Assembly: GCA_010405405.1 (NCBI GenBank)
Contig: MU004246.1
Coordinates: 186,001 to 250,000, forward strand
From: Microthyrium microscopicum
Taxonomy: Eukaryota
Length of the DNA stretch: 64,000 nucleotides
Reading direction: 5' to 3'
The position numbers were made by a program, and so were the translations under genes. The first letter of the stretch is position 1, and every line of letters begins with the position of its first letter. This document shows, one piece after another, positions 39,175-51,206 of this stretch. Under the pieces are notes generated by a model, which did no database searches, had not been told where the DNA came from, and worked only from the letters and a program-made list of their open reading frames with translations.

Positions 39175-39471
39175 ATGTGCAAAGTCCTCTACCATCAATT
39201 CCCCTGCAAATGCACAAAGTGGTCTATTAACGAATGCCACGGCTGGTGTGGTGGAAAGTATCTACAGACACCAGCATGGGAGCCACGTATCGCGGAAGAT
39301 TATCTCACTTGGAACCACGATTGCCCTCTTCCATATCATCGTAATCATAGAAACTTGGTATATGCGGGACATCCTAAGTATGAGATGCTCTATAATTCGC
39401 AGCTGTTGGTGTCACGATTTGGGAATGAACCGCCAGATTGGACGGATACTGAGGAGGGACCAAAATGGTGA
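39175..39471 (+). CDS. Small Cys/His/Trp-rich hypothetical protein (98 aa)
   Basis: MCKVLYHQFPCKC...ECHGWCGG...HDCPLPYH; TATA-like catatatag ~39102 upstream; G-rich 3' flank. Confidence 0.5.
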   Translation: MCKVLYHQFPCKCTKWSINECHGWCGGKYLQTPAWEPRIAEDYLTWNHDCPLPYHRNHRNLVYAGHPKYEMLYNSQLLVSRFGNEPPDWTDTEEGPKW

Positions 39472-39628
39472 GAGTCTGCGAAGGAAGCATGAAGTGATAG
39501 GGGGGTGTTTGGGGGTTAGGAGAGAAAAGGGTTAGAAGTGGTTGGCGTTGGGCTTTGAGGTTAAAGTCAAAGGAGATACAATATAATCTTAAGCTACTAC
39601 CACAGTACCGCTACAAAAGCTGCGGAGA

Positions 39629-40621
39629 TCAGGGCAGTGCCTTGGCTCCTGTTCTCTTCTCAAAGTACTCTCTTCTCGGTACTTCAATGGCTTCATACCG
39701 CTCCACTGAAGTGCCCACCGGGATCTCCAACTTGCCTGCTTTGATGCCTTCGATGGTTTTGTCCGCGTACTCATCCACCGGGATACCCATTTTCAGGCTG
39801 CCTTCTTCACCGGCTACTCGGACGTGAAGTTCGGCTACTTGGCTATTAGTACTCTTGTTGTCAAAGTGTCCAGTCAAGGTCACGTCAAGATACGGGGAGA
39901 AGTGGGATGTGAAGTTAACATTTAGTTAACGGTGCTCTTAGACTTACTTCCAACAAGTGGCGGTAATAGCTCTACGACGCTGACATTCGTACTCCTCAGC
40001 TGTTCGCGAATCGCCATTAGAAAGTGGTGCATGGCGGCTTTGCTGGCACAGTACGTAGGTGTATCTAGATTCGGCGCCATGGCTAGACCAGAAGATGTGC
40101 TGAATAGAGTCAGTTCCGCCACAAGAGGTACATAGTATTTGAAAGACATACAACATAAGCGTGGTATCCGTCTTCTGTTTAAAGAAGAACGGTAAAAACG
40201 CCTTGGTAATAGCAATGATTCCCACATAATTTAGGTTGATTTCTTGCTGTATCGCTGCCAAGTCAATAGTTTCCGGCTTAGTGAAATCCAATTTCTCCTG
40301 TGTTCCAGAATTGTATAGGATACAGTCCAAGTCTGGATGATCGCGAGTTACCCTTTCGTGGTGTTAGCGTCATACATGTCAAACTTCATGGACGAAAACT
40401 TGCACTTCTGCAAAAGACGGTATGGCGTCAAGTTTATTCAGATCGAAATTGAGAGCTGAAGCTTTATTGCTGCCATGATTCTTGACGAATTCATCAAGTC
40501 GTTCTTGTCGGCGTCCGACTACGACTACTTTGGATCCTGCTGCTATGAATCGTTCAGCAAGAACGCGGCCGATGCCACTGGTGGCGCCCAGGACGAGAAC
40601 TTTTGTGTATGGATAAGGCAT
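39629..40621 (-). CDS. Short-chain dehydrogenase/reductase (4 exons)
   Basis: VLVLGATSGIG Rossmann motif, ILYNSG, SSGLA..P..PTYCASKAA (YxxxK), VVELLPPLV; introns at ~40398-40353, ~40152-40098, ~39948-39840. Confidence 0.88.
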
Positions 40622-41066
40622 CGGTGAGTTTATTTTTGAGAAGGTTTGACGGGATGTAGTTGAAAGTGGCAGAGGTCTAAATATATGTTGTTGAGACTTA
40701 ATCTATATTTGGGAGATCATACAACTTGGAAGGACTTTAGGTACAGGCCGATGCCAAATGTCCGGAACCGGGGATAGGCACGTATAATGGTTGTCCAAAT
40801 TTGCTGATCATAGTTGAATCAATTTATTGACGACGAGGGAGATTATTTCCTTAAAGAAAAGTAATTGCAACTGTCGTTTTGATTTTACAGCATCAGAATC
40901 GAAACTCGGGAAATGGACACAAATCTAAAAGATGCACTTTTCATGATGACGGCAATTGAATAGAATTTGATTCTATTTTTGGTATCTATCGGCACTGGAA
41001 TACAGTCTACATAATGCCCATGAGATTGAACAACACTGCAGATCTCATTGATGCCAACCACAATAG

Positions 41067-41507
41067 TTAAATAATCAAAGAAATACCGTTGACTAGAAAG
41101 TCGAACGAACTCTTCAGAGGGATTCCACACAGCTGGTTGGCATCGCAGGTCTGACCGAGGAAGGTACTTGATAGAGGCCATGACCCATAAATGGTGAAGT
41201 TGTAGGGAGGGAATATGGTGCTGTCGTTGAATGACCCGACTGCACTGACATGATTCGAGATGCCTGTATCGACATGAACTGTTTGCGCGCCATTGGCGTC
41301 CACCGGAACATCCTCAAGCCAGATCATACCCGTGCCACTTTGATCAGGGCTAAGAACCGATGGCCAGCTAGTATTTCTCCAGCTAAAGGTCATTTCAGGA
41401 AAGTATGGATGATGAATTTCTTCCTGAAGTTTGTGGGCAGGATGGGCTGGTTCCCGAGTGTTGTTTTTCGGAATCTCGAAATTGTAGAGTTTGAAGTCTT
41501 TCTGGGT
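41067..41507 (-). other. Coding-like frame continuing past the TGA of the upstream secreted gene; resembles that gene's N-terminal domain
   Basis: Same frame as 41508-41738 (114-nt stop-free gap to ORF 41067-41393). TGISNHVSAVGSFNDSTIFPPYNFTIY resembles TSISSQHIGHVGNFSSPPVFAFNFTVV. Confidence 0.5.
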
Positions 41508-42203
41508 TCATACCGGGATTTCACGAGGCTCGAAGACCCATGGTACAAGAGGAGTGCCTGGATCGCAGGTGACATACCACGGAGGCGAGGACAGATTAGA
41601 TACGCAGGCGGCGCCCCAACCGTATGCCTCATTGGGAATGGTTGTCCAGTTCCATTGTAAGCTACCTACCTGAAGAAGCAACGTGCTGTATTGGATTCCG
41701 TCATTTTGCCTTTTGAAAGTTAGCGAGAGACATTCCAAGTTAGAAGGCTAGACTTACGGGGCAAGAGCAGCGCTGAGAAGATCAATTTTGGCAGTGTACT
41801 TATCCTCAGGACTAGACAGCTGACCAGTCAAGGTAACGCGGTAATGGGTCTTGTTGTCATCGCATATTCCCCAGGATGTTATAGGGTTACCATTAAGGTC
41901 GAGTTGGGTAACGATGTTGCAGTCGGCGGGAACGAAGCCAGAGGCAGAGAATTGAACAACGGTGAAATTGAAGGCAAAGACGGGGGGAGAGGAGAAGTTG
42001 CCTACATGACCAATATGCTGGCTGGATATCGAAGTAAGAACTCGAGTATCTGAAAACGGAGGGAAGATGCCGGTGTCATTGGGAGTGATAGTGGCATTGA
42101 GTGAATATGGATGAGGAGCCCAAGTTCCAGTCTGAGGCCACGATGATTGAGCAACAACAGCCGAAGCCAATGTTAAGACGAACGAAAGAGCTGCAAGCAG
42201 CAT
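41508..42203 (-). CDS. Secreted hypothetical protein (signal peptide, 4 Cys, N-glycosylation sites)
   Basis: MLLAALSFVLTLASAVVAQ; intron ~41757-41711 (GTAAGT..GCTAAC..AAG); exon 2 ends EPREIPV*. Confidence 0.7.
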
Positions 42204-42941
42204 GATGTCGAGAGTTGAAGTGGAGATATAGGATGTGATCGGAGTGGAGTAGTGGTTGATGTTGAGGAAAAGAAGATGGAGAAGAAGACGAGGGCGAAAA
42301 ATTAAATAGTAGTTGATGACAGCTTCGCGACGGAGTGACCGAACACTGCTCACCTTGTGACGTCTCTATGCCTCAGACCGTCCTGAAGTTATCGTGAAAG
42401 TCATCGAGGAAAGCCGTATTAGTAAGGCATGACCCGTAGCGGAGATTAACAAGCCCTTCTAGGTAACAACTAGTCCTAGTAAAGGAAGGACAAGAGCTTC
42501 AATGCCTGAGTGAGGTTTTTCCAGGCCCAATGAAGCTTGTCTTGCTGTACGCGAGTTTCTACATTCGGGAGTATCCGGTTTAGTTCAATTGAGAAGTAGC
42601 GATCCGATATGGGGCCTCTAAATCGAGAGCAACTGATAGCGAGAGTTGACCATCAATCTGACTTTGGGAGCTTAAGTATCTGGAGCTCACTGAAGACGCA
42701 CCACACATGGAAAGCGCAGAGAAGTCGAAATTTTGAGAGAATACCGATGACAGATTGAAGTGCACGAAGTAATATCTAGCTTCAGAATATTCAGTAAATG
42801 TACCAAATAGCCAAGATGACAACGCCCATAGCTTCAAAGACAACATACCATTATCATAACACCACCCAATACATCTCCCGAAAATGCCAACAGGCATGCA
42901 CATCATCTCCTATCCCCATCGTCCCATTCACCATACCATCT

Positions 42942-43603
42942 TTACCGATAAGCAACCCTCTGTCCCCTCTTCTCCAACTTCGCCTGCCTCTTACTCGTCC
43001 CCGTCCCCATCGCCGCACCCTCCCCACCCTCCCCACCACCCATCATCCCACCCATACTGCTCCTAACCCCAGTATACGCCCCATACAAGCTCCAAGCCGT
43101 ATAAAGCGGAACAACACCCTACCCACCAACCCATTAGCCCCACATATACACCTACAGCACCAAACAAACTTACCCAAATACTCCATCCCCAATCCCCCAA
43201 AACCGCAGCAAGCCCCGTACATCCCCAACTCCAATAAACCACATCCCACGCCCACTCCATAACCCCCTGCGCCTCCAAATCCTCCCCAGGCCTCTTCAAC
43301 TCCTTCACACCATCTTTCGTGCCATCAGGCCGTACAATGTAGGTCGGACGGCCAACTTTATCGAGATATGCTTCGATGGCGAGGGCGGGTAGGGAGAGGA
43401 GGAGCCAGAGCGCGATACTGCGGCGCGTGAGGGTGGAGCGGAAGAGGAGGAGGCGCGTGAGCAGGTGGAAGGTGTGGACGGCGAGGGTGGTTAGGTGGGT
43501 TTGGTGGAGGCGGGAGGTGTTGCGGGAGGCGAGGGTTTTGGCTGATTTCTGGGGGTTTTAGTGGGATGGGGAGAGGGGATGGGGGAGGGTTTACTTGTGC
43601 CAT
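42942..43603 (-). CDS. SND2: SRP-independent targeting protein Snd2/TMEM208 (DUF788), 3 exons
   Basis: MAQ|KSAKTLASRNT..., GEDLEAQGVMEWAWDVVYWSW, C-terminal SKRQAKLEKRGQRVAYR*. Confidence 0.88.
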
Positions 43604-44210
43604 TGGGGTGGTGGGATTGAGATTGTTGGAGCCGAGAGAAATTGATGGTGATGGAGACAGAGTGGTTGATCGCGAAATCAAAAGTTGTAGTTGCTTGGAA
43701 GCTTGTGATTGGCTGGGAAGTGCGTCTATCAGGCTGAACACTGGCGTCAATTCCAACTGTTTGAATTGAATGTGATTAATGTACAACTACAAGACTAAAC
43801 AAATAAATAAATAGAGATCTGTTTAGTAGACGTCAGTATTTCCATTACAGCTTTATAAATTGCGCGTATGGGCGAACTGTTGGAACTTTTGGGCGCTCTC
43901 AACGATCATGCATCATCCAAGAACCGTAAAACTGAATATCTCAAAATCAACACGTCAGGCAAGTAAATCACAATTGGGAACTGGTTATAAACAGAAAAGT
44001 CTATTCAACTATAAAAAGCGCTATTAAATACACCTGATTACAAAAAGTCTATCCGTGCCAACGCCATATCACCAAGGCCAAAAGTACGTGCCAAAATCAT
44101 CATATAACAGCACACGATTGAAAGACACCACCGTCCTCTCCTGCTTCTGTTTCCTTTGCATCGTCGCCACCACCACCATCCCCCTTATCCTCTACAACCT
44201 CCATTCCATC

Positions 44211-47200
44211 CTAAACCTTCGCAAAATACGCCAACAGCTTCTCCCGCTCACCAGCCGGTAACATACTCAAAGCATGCTTCACACCCTTCGCACCAGCCAT
44301 GACATCCTCCGCCAACAACCCTGACACCTTGCGTGCAACGCTCTCTTGGCGAACAGCTTCCACCTTCGTCTCAATGTCATTGCTATGGCTCTCCAACCAG
44401 TCGGCGACGCCGGCATCATTAGTGTCGAATTGCTCGACTCCACACCAGGCGCGTAGGAGTCCGAGGCGCGCGGCACGAGGAGAAGACTCCTTGGATTCGG
44501 AGGACGCAGCTTGAGCAGACGCGATGGCGCTCAGAACACGCTCTTCAGAGAGACGACGGCGTAGACGCTGGTAGAAGAACTTACGTGCCTGGCTCCAGCG
44601 CAGGGCAGCGCGGATGGTACCCTTGGCTTGCATACGGCCTGCGCGGTCGTGCAAGTCTGCGTATTGAAGTGCGATTTGCGTGTATACTGGGAGAAGTAAT
44701 TGTTCACGCTTGGTGATTTCGCGCTTGAGTTTGGTCATGTCATCAGCAGACAACTTGGCCTTTGGATCATCGTCCTTGGAAGCAGCAGCGATGCGGCGTT
44801 TGAGATCACCGTAGGCAGGGTCTAGACGTTCCATGGTGGAGATGAGTTTGGCGCGACGGAATTTGATACCGACGATACCATCGGGCTCTAGCACACCACC
44901 ACGGGCATCCTCATCGGCGTACATTTCCATGTAGTCTGGGTTGATCGTTGGATCGACGACGACCCAGGAGCCACCACGAAGTTCGCCGTGGGGTGGAATG
45001 TAGACGAAGACTGGCTGTTCGAATTTGACGAGTGCGTCAACGATGTATGAGCCATATTTGAGGACTTCGTTGTACATGTCGCGTTGACCACCTGAGAAAC
45101 CACGCCAGTTGGCAAGAATGATGAGTGGAAGCTGTTCTCCGTGGTTGAAGTCATTGATCGCTTGTGCAGTCTTGAAAGCCGAGTTGGGATACCACACACC
45201 ACCAGCTTCAGAAGTGATCTGTTCGATGGAGTCTGGGTTGGCTGGATCGGCAGGGCTGACATTCTCGACGGTGCGAGCTTCGACTCCAATGACACCACAA
45301 GGGATGCCACCAAGACGAGCACGACCGACAACAACAGTCTTGGCCCATCCACCAAGTGCTTCTTCCCAGGAGCCTTTGTCAAAGAAACCAGGCTGGAAGC
45401 CATCGGCGTCCTCCTTACCAGCAATCATCCATCGAACATCATATGGCTGCTTCTGAGGTGGAGAGTAGACAATTTCTCTATCCCACGGATCGCTAGACAT
45501 AACTCGTGGAACGCTGTTGCCCTTCTTGTCGGGGATGTATGACATCCATTTAACAATCTTCTCGACACCAAGGAACTCATCAGCAGCGGTCATGTGGCTG
45601 ACACCATTGCGGTACATGATTTGAGTGCCACCAAGTTGCAAGTTGGATGAGTAGACCTCGCGACCAAGAACATTGTTGAGAGCTTGAGCACCAGTAAGGA
45701 TGATAGGATGACCCTCAATCTGAATAGCACGTTGACCAAGACGGACGAGGTAGGCACCGATACCTGAAAAAGTTAGTTTTCATTAAATGGATAGGAGCAT
45801 TATACATACCAACTGAGCGACAAGTTACCAAAGTGATGGTAAAGATATCCTCATAAGCTCGGCTGGTCTCACCAGCGATAAGACCAGATCCACGAAGAGA
45901 CTCAACACCAAGACCATCATCGGCACCAATGATAGCAGTGATCTTGTGTCTGAGCTCACCACCTTCCTTGATAGGTTCAGTGATGATATCGCGACGTTTT
46001 CCGTCCTCGAAACGAGCCTTCTTCTCTGGTGTGAGGTAGAGGTACTTGAAGCCCTTGTCAGGCTTTCCTTCCTCATTCCAGGCCACTGAAAAGTGTGGAA
46101 CAATTTCCTCTGCTATTCCGAGACGAGCACCAGAGTTGGCTGACAGGTAGATACGTGGAATGCCGAGTTTGCGAGCAAGTTCAGAGCACTTGTGGAAGAA
46201 AGTGTCTTCCCGTGGGCCAAAGGAACCAATCTTGAAGGTGATATCGTTGGCAATGATAATGAAGCGACGACCTTTGGGGTATTCAGGTGTCTTGGCGTTG
46301 ACAATCCATGCCACCATACCAATAGTATTGGCACCAGGCTCGCGATTGACTTCAACAACTTCATCATGCTCATCAAGGACAAGTTCGCTTGTCTCAATGC
46401 ACTCTCCCAACTTTGGCTTGAGCTTCTCGATCTGAGGGAACTTGGAGATGTAGGCATCCCATGTATTCTCGAAAGCTTGACGGAAGAGTTCAGGGAAATC
46501 ATAGATGTACTGAGTGCCGAGTTGATGGGCATTGAAACGCTTGGGTTGAAGCGCACCTTTGGTCTCGTAGGGAGTGGAGACTGGGCGCAGGTGCATGGCA
46601 CCCTTTCGAGTTGAACCAATGCTCTCGAAGACCCAATCACCGGTGCCTTTAGCGGGTAGTCGTTCTTCATACATTTCAACCTCGGCAACGAAACCAGAAG
46701 TATTGCTGATGACGATACGGATTGGTAATGGTTCACCAGTCTGAGAGTTTGTGCACACTATGCGAACCTCAACAACGGTAACCCGAAGACGCCAAGCTCG
46801 GAAACCATAGCGGCTCAGGAATCCAGCAAGTTTCTCTTGAACTTGGTTCGCTTCGAGAGGCAAGGTTTGAGCAAAGTTGATGAAGATGTGGTTCATGTCA
46901 GTGCCGTTAGAACCAATAATCTCAAGAGCATCAAGAACATCGTTCATAAGACGATCAGCCTCGGAGATGGTGTATTCGGCAATACCGATGTCCTCCCTAA
47001 TACGGCCCGCACGAACAACAGCGCGCACAAAGTAGCGCTTGTCTTGCTCATTTCCAGCATCTCTACCTTCAGCTTGATAGATATGGATGTTTCGGTTTTG
47101 CGTAAAGACAGGCTTGATGTGGAACTTGGAAAGACGTGTCAATTCAAGCTGGAAAGCGACAGCGGGTTCAATGTGACGAATTTGAGGATCTTCCTGATAA

Positions 47201-50200
47201 TGTGGGGAACGAAAAGTAAAGTAACTTGGATAAGTTCCGTCCTTGTGACCACAAACGAAAGAAATACGGCGAACACCACGATCAAGCAGCTCAGATCGGA
47301 ACTGCTCAATGATTGGGTGAATCCTCTCGAGCAGCTCATCGTCATCCTTGCCTTCAGAATCATGGATGGCAACATCCATGACTACATTGAAATCGTCATG
47401 AAGAGGCTCAATGGGAGGTCGGCGGCGAGAGGACAGGTCCGGAGTGTTGCCAGCACCTCCCTTACGGATCGATGGAAGGTTTTCGAAGCCCTTGACAAGA
47501 TATTCTTCCGCGTCTTCGATATATTCCGCTGGTACAATCACACCATGACGGCTTGGGTTGCTCTCAGCAGCCTTGACGGAGAGATATGACATATCCGAGA
47601 TGGACTTGATGCGACGACCCAATCCTCCTTCACCTGATGGTGTACCGGGTGTAGAGGGGAAGGAGGATTCAATTGGCAAGCCATAAAGACCTTGTCCAAC
47701 TTTTCTCATAGAAAAGTTCCACGAAAGGTGGAAAGGTGCCTCATCATCATGGTATTCGAGTTCACTGACAGTGTATGCACGGTAAGCACGGCGAATGTAC
47801 ACTTCTAGAGCGGCTAGGGCGATATGAGGATCCTTGTGAGCGAAGAAAATGGGAAGCACATCGAACACGGTGTATTGCGAATCGACGACCTCTTTGATGG
47901 AGTCATAATCAGGAAGACGGTGGTCCCATCCGGATTCTCCGTATTTGTGTTCTATCACAGAATTACGGAGAATATGCTCCATTTGTGCTGTTCGCTCTTC
48001 AAGAGAAGGCATGGCGCACTGGATGAGAACCTCACGGGCCTTGAGGACAACCGGAGCCGTGGGGCGACCCTCCAACTCGGTGAGTCTCGTCAAAGATTCC
48101 TTGAGGTGCTTGCTGACATTGCTTGCGCCTGGTTTGTCAGGCCGGTATGTGTCAAGGATGGCCACGATGAGTTTGTTCTTGTAGCTGACGCGAGTATGGG
48201 ACAGAACAGTCTGGACAACGCCAATAACATTCTCACGATTGCTCTCGCGAAGGCGTAGAATTGCCTCATCATCTCGCATGGTGCGAGAAGAGAACTGCTT
48301 CTCAACCTCGTAGTATTTATCAAGCAATCCCTTGATGACGGTATACTCGTGAACCTGGAGACCTTCACTGTACGACTCCATGATGGTCACAAGGGGTTGT
48401 AGAGTAGCCTTGAGGACAGGAGCATCGTTTGGCGCGACATTCTCATCCAAGAAGCGAGTGAATGCTTTCATCAACTGCTTGGATGGGAACTCTTGCTTTC
48501 GTCCAAGAGCGCGCTCAACAATATGTGATAGACTTTGCTCTAGCTTGGCTGGTGTACGAGCATGAAGAGCAGACGCTTGATTACTCCATTCTCCATATGG
48601 GAGCTCCTCATTTCGCAGCACTTCGACTAGGTTGGCCAAAATCTCTGGCATGATGAGATTGTTGTCATAACCAGCCAGAATGTTCTCAAGCGTGCCAACT
48701 AAGTAAACAAACTTCTGTGGCGGCTTTGTTCCCAGTGCCGATGGAGGTCCAAAGTCGGTCAAGCTTCCCATAAATGGTTGAGCAGATTTGACCTTGGACG
48801 GATCGTCGAGGGCGACCATTCCTAGGATGTCACCAGCCTCGAGAGCAGCGCCAGGTTGTTTGAGAAGAGTAACAATGCCGTCTTCTTGAGCAACAAGAGG
48901 CATGTACATCTTCATGACTTCGACTTCGGCATATGGTTGACCTTTCTTGATATGGGAGCCGTTGTCAATGGTGAACTTGACGAGCTTTCCTGGAGATGGA
49001 GTTCGAAGTTGAGTTGGATCATTTTCTTGCTCAAGCAAGCAAGTTTTACCATCAACTGAAAGACGAGTAGCACCCACTTCATCTTGCCAGTAGACACTGT
49101 GAGATTTGCCGCCAAGAAGGACAAGAACACCGCCATCTGTGAGTCCACGTACTGAAACTGTGACTTTGCTAGAGTTGAGGAAAAGTACGTAAGTATCGGC
49201 GCTTGCACGGGTTACGGCAAACTTGTAACGATGACCATCGTAGATAAAGTTGACATTGAAGCTGGTTCGCAGAATGTCCGCTGACGGGACTTGGCCCTTT
49301 TCGATACTTGTGCGGTATTCGGTGGTGCTGATGTCGCTGGCAATGTATGCTTTGGTGACGGCACCGCAGATGACAGCAACCATTGGGTCTGGTCGTTCAG
49401 CTGTGAGTTTCTTGGAGATGAGCTCATCAAGCCAACTGGTGGTGATGGTATTGTCTTCGAATGCTGGAGTTTCCAGAAGCTTGACTAAGTATTCAACAGT
49501 GGTTTTAAAGTCACCGCGAATGCTCAATTCTTTCAAGGCTACAACCATGTGTTTCCTCGATGCAGCTCGATTTTCACCATAGGCAAAAATGTGACCAAAC
49601 TGCGAATCGGAGAAATTGTGAATACTGGAGTTGGAACTGACAGAGAAGTAACCCCAGACATTGGAGCTACTTCTGAAATTGAGATCGTGTAAAGTTCCGC
49701 TTGAAGGCTTGAATCCCTCACTCGGATCTTCAGATGTGATACGGCAGGCAGTGGTATGACCTCTGGGCTTTGGTTTTCTTTGCTTAACCAGGCTTTCTTC
49801 TGTGGAAAAGTCGAAATCGATTTCGGTAGAGGTGTGGTGATCAACACCATAAAGAATTCGAATATCCTTGATTCGGTGTAAGGGGAGACCCATGGCAATC
49901 TGCAGTTGTGCGGCTGGAAGGTTGACGCCAGAAACCATTTCTGTAGTTGGATGCTCAACTTGGAGACGAGGGTTCAGCTCTAGGAAATAAAACTTGTCTT
50001 CCTCGTGGGAGTAAAGGTATTCCACAGTACCAGCAGAAACGTAACCCACAAGCTTTCCAAGCGCGACTGCGGCCTTTTCCATCTTCTGGAAAGTTTCTGC
50101 ACTCGCAATCGTGACAGGTGCCTCTTCGATAATCTTTTGGTGACGTCTTTGAACAGAGCAATCGCGACCAAAGAGTGAGATGTTGTGGCCGTACTGGTCA

Positions 50201-51206
50201 GCAAGTAATTGAACTTCCAAATGTCTAGCGTTACCCGCCATTTGCATGATGAAGATAGGCGAGCCAGGAATTTCACTTGCTGCTTCACGGTACTTTTCGA
50301 CGAAAACATCTTCGCTTTCAACCTTGCGAATACCTTTTCCACCACCACCTTCAGAGGCCTTGACCATGACTGGGAAACCAATCTTCTTTGCAACTTCAAG
50401 ACCCTCTTCAGGAGATGTAGTGCAGCCCTTCATGTAGACGTGTTCCTCCACGGTCACGATGCCATGTTCGTCAACTAGGACTTCATCGACTCCTGTACCC
50501 GACCAAGGTATACAGGGGACTTTGGCATGTTGTGCGACAATCGTCGAGGAGATTTTGTCACCTAGAGAGCGCATTGCTGATCCAGGAGGTCCAATGAAAA
50601 CGATTTTCTTAGGTGAGGCAGCTAGCGATTCGGGGAGCTTTGGGTTCTCTGAGGCGTGTCCCCTATATCGAGTTAGAACCATACAGATACTAGGAACGAT
50701 TTTAAACATACCAACCGGCCCATACGGCTTGAACGTTTGACCGCTCAGCGATTTCCACAATCAACTCCACATTGGCGTAGTTGTTGTTGTTGGTACCACC
50801 GGGCACTTCGACCAAGTGATCGGCCATGCGAATGTAATCGGCGTTTGCTGCCATGTCTTCGGGCGTACCCATGACGGTAAACTCGATAGCTCGCTCATCG
50901 CCAAAAGTTTCGTATGCCCACTTCCGTACTGATCGGATTTCCTTGACGGCAGCGATACCGTTGTTGGCGATCAGGACCTGTAAATTGATTAGACATGACC
51001 ACAAGTCGTTTTGAAAAGCTACATACATTTTTGATGACAGTGTGTCCTCCATGAGCTGCAACAAAGTCCTTGACCTTGGACGGTGCTGCAACAGCTAGAG
51101 AATTGCCGCCTATGAAATGTGAGGGGATGTTGTGTTTGGCGGCATTGCTGCTAGGAGTGCCATTCTGGCCTTCAGCTGCTGGAATGCCCATTCTGGAGCT
51201 TGTCAT
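44211..51206 (-). CDS. ACC1: Acetyl-CoA carboxylase (BC, BCCP and CT domains)
   Basis: [47 protein letters not shown], biotin site EVMKM, Snf1/AMPK-type site [24 protein letters not shown]; introns ~51025-50978, ~50711-50663, ~45808-45764. Confidence 0.98.

Noticed and set aside
42798..43786. Pro/His-rich and Gly-rich ORFs around 43 kb
   Set aside because: Shadow frames of SND2 caused by strong strand purine/pyrimidine skew.
44279..50740. Many overlapping ORFs inside ACC1, including a 250-aa antisense ORF at 46837-47589
   Set aside because: Typical antisense and alternate-frame shadows of a codon-biased, highly expressed gene.
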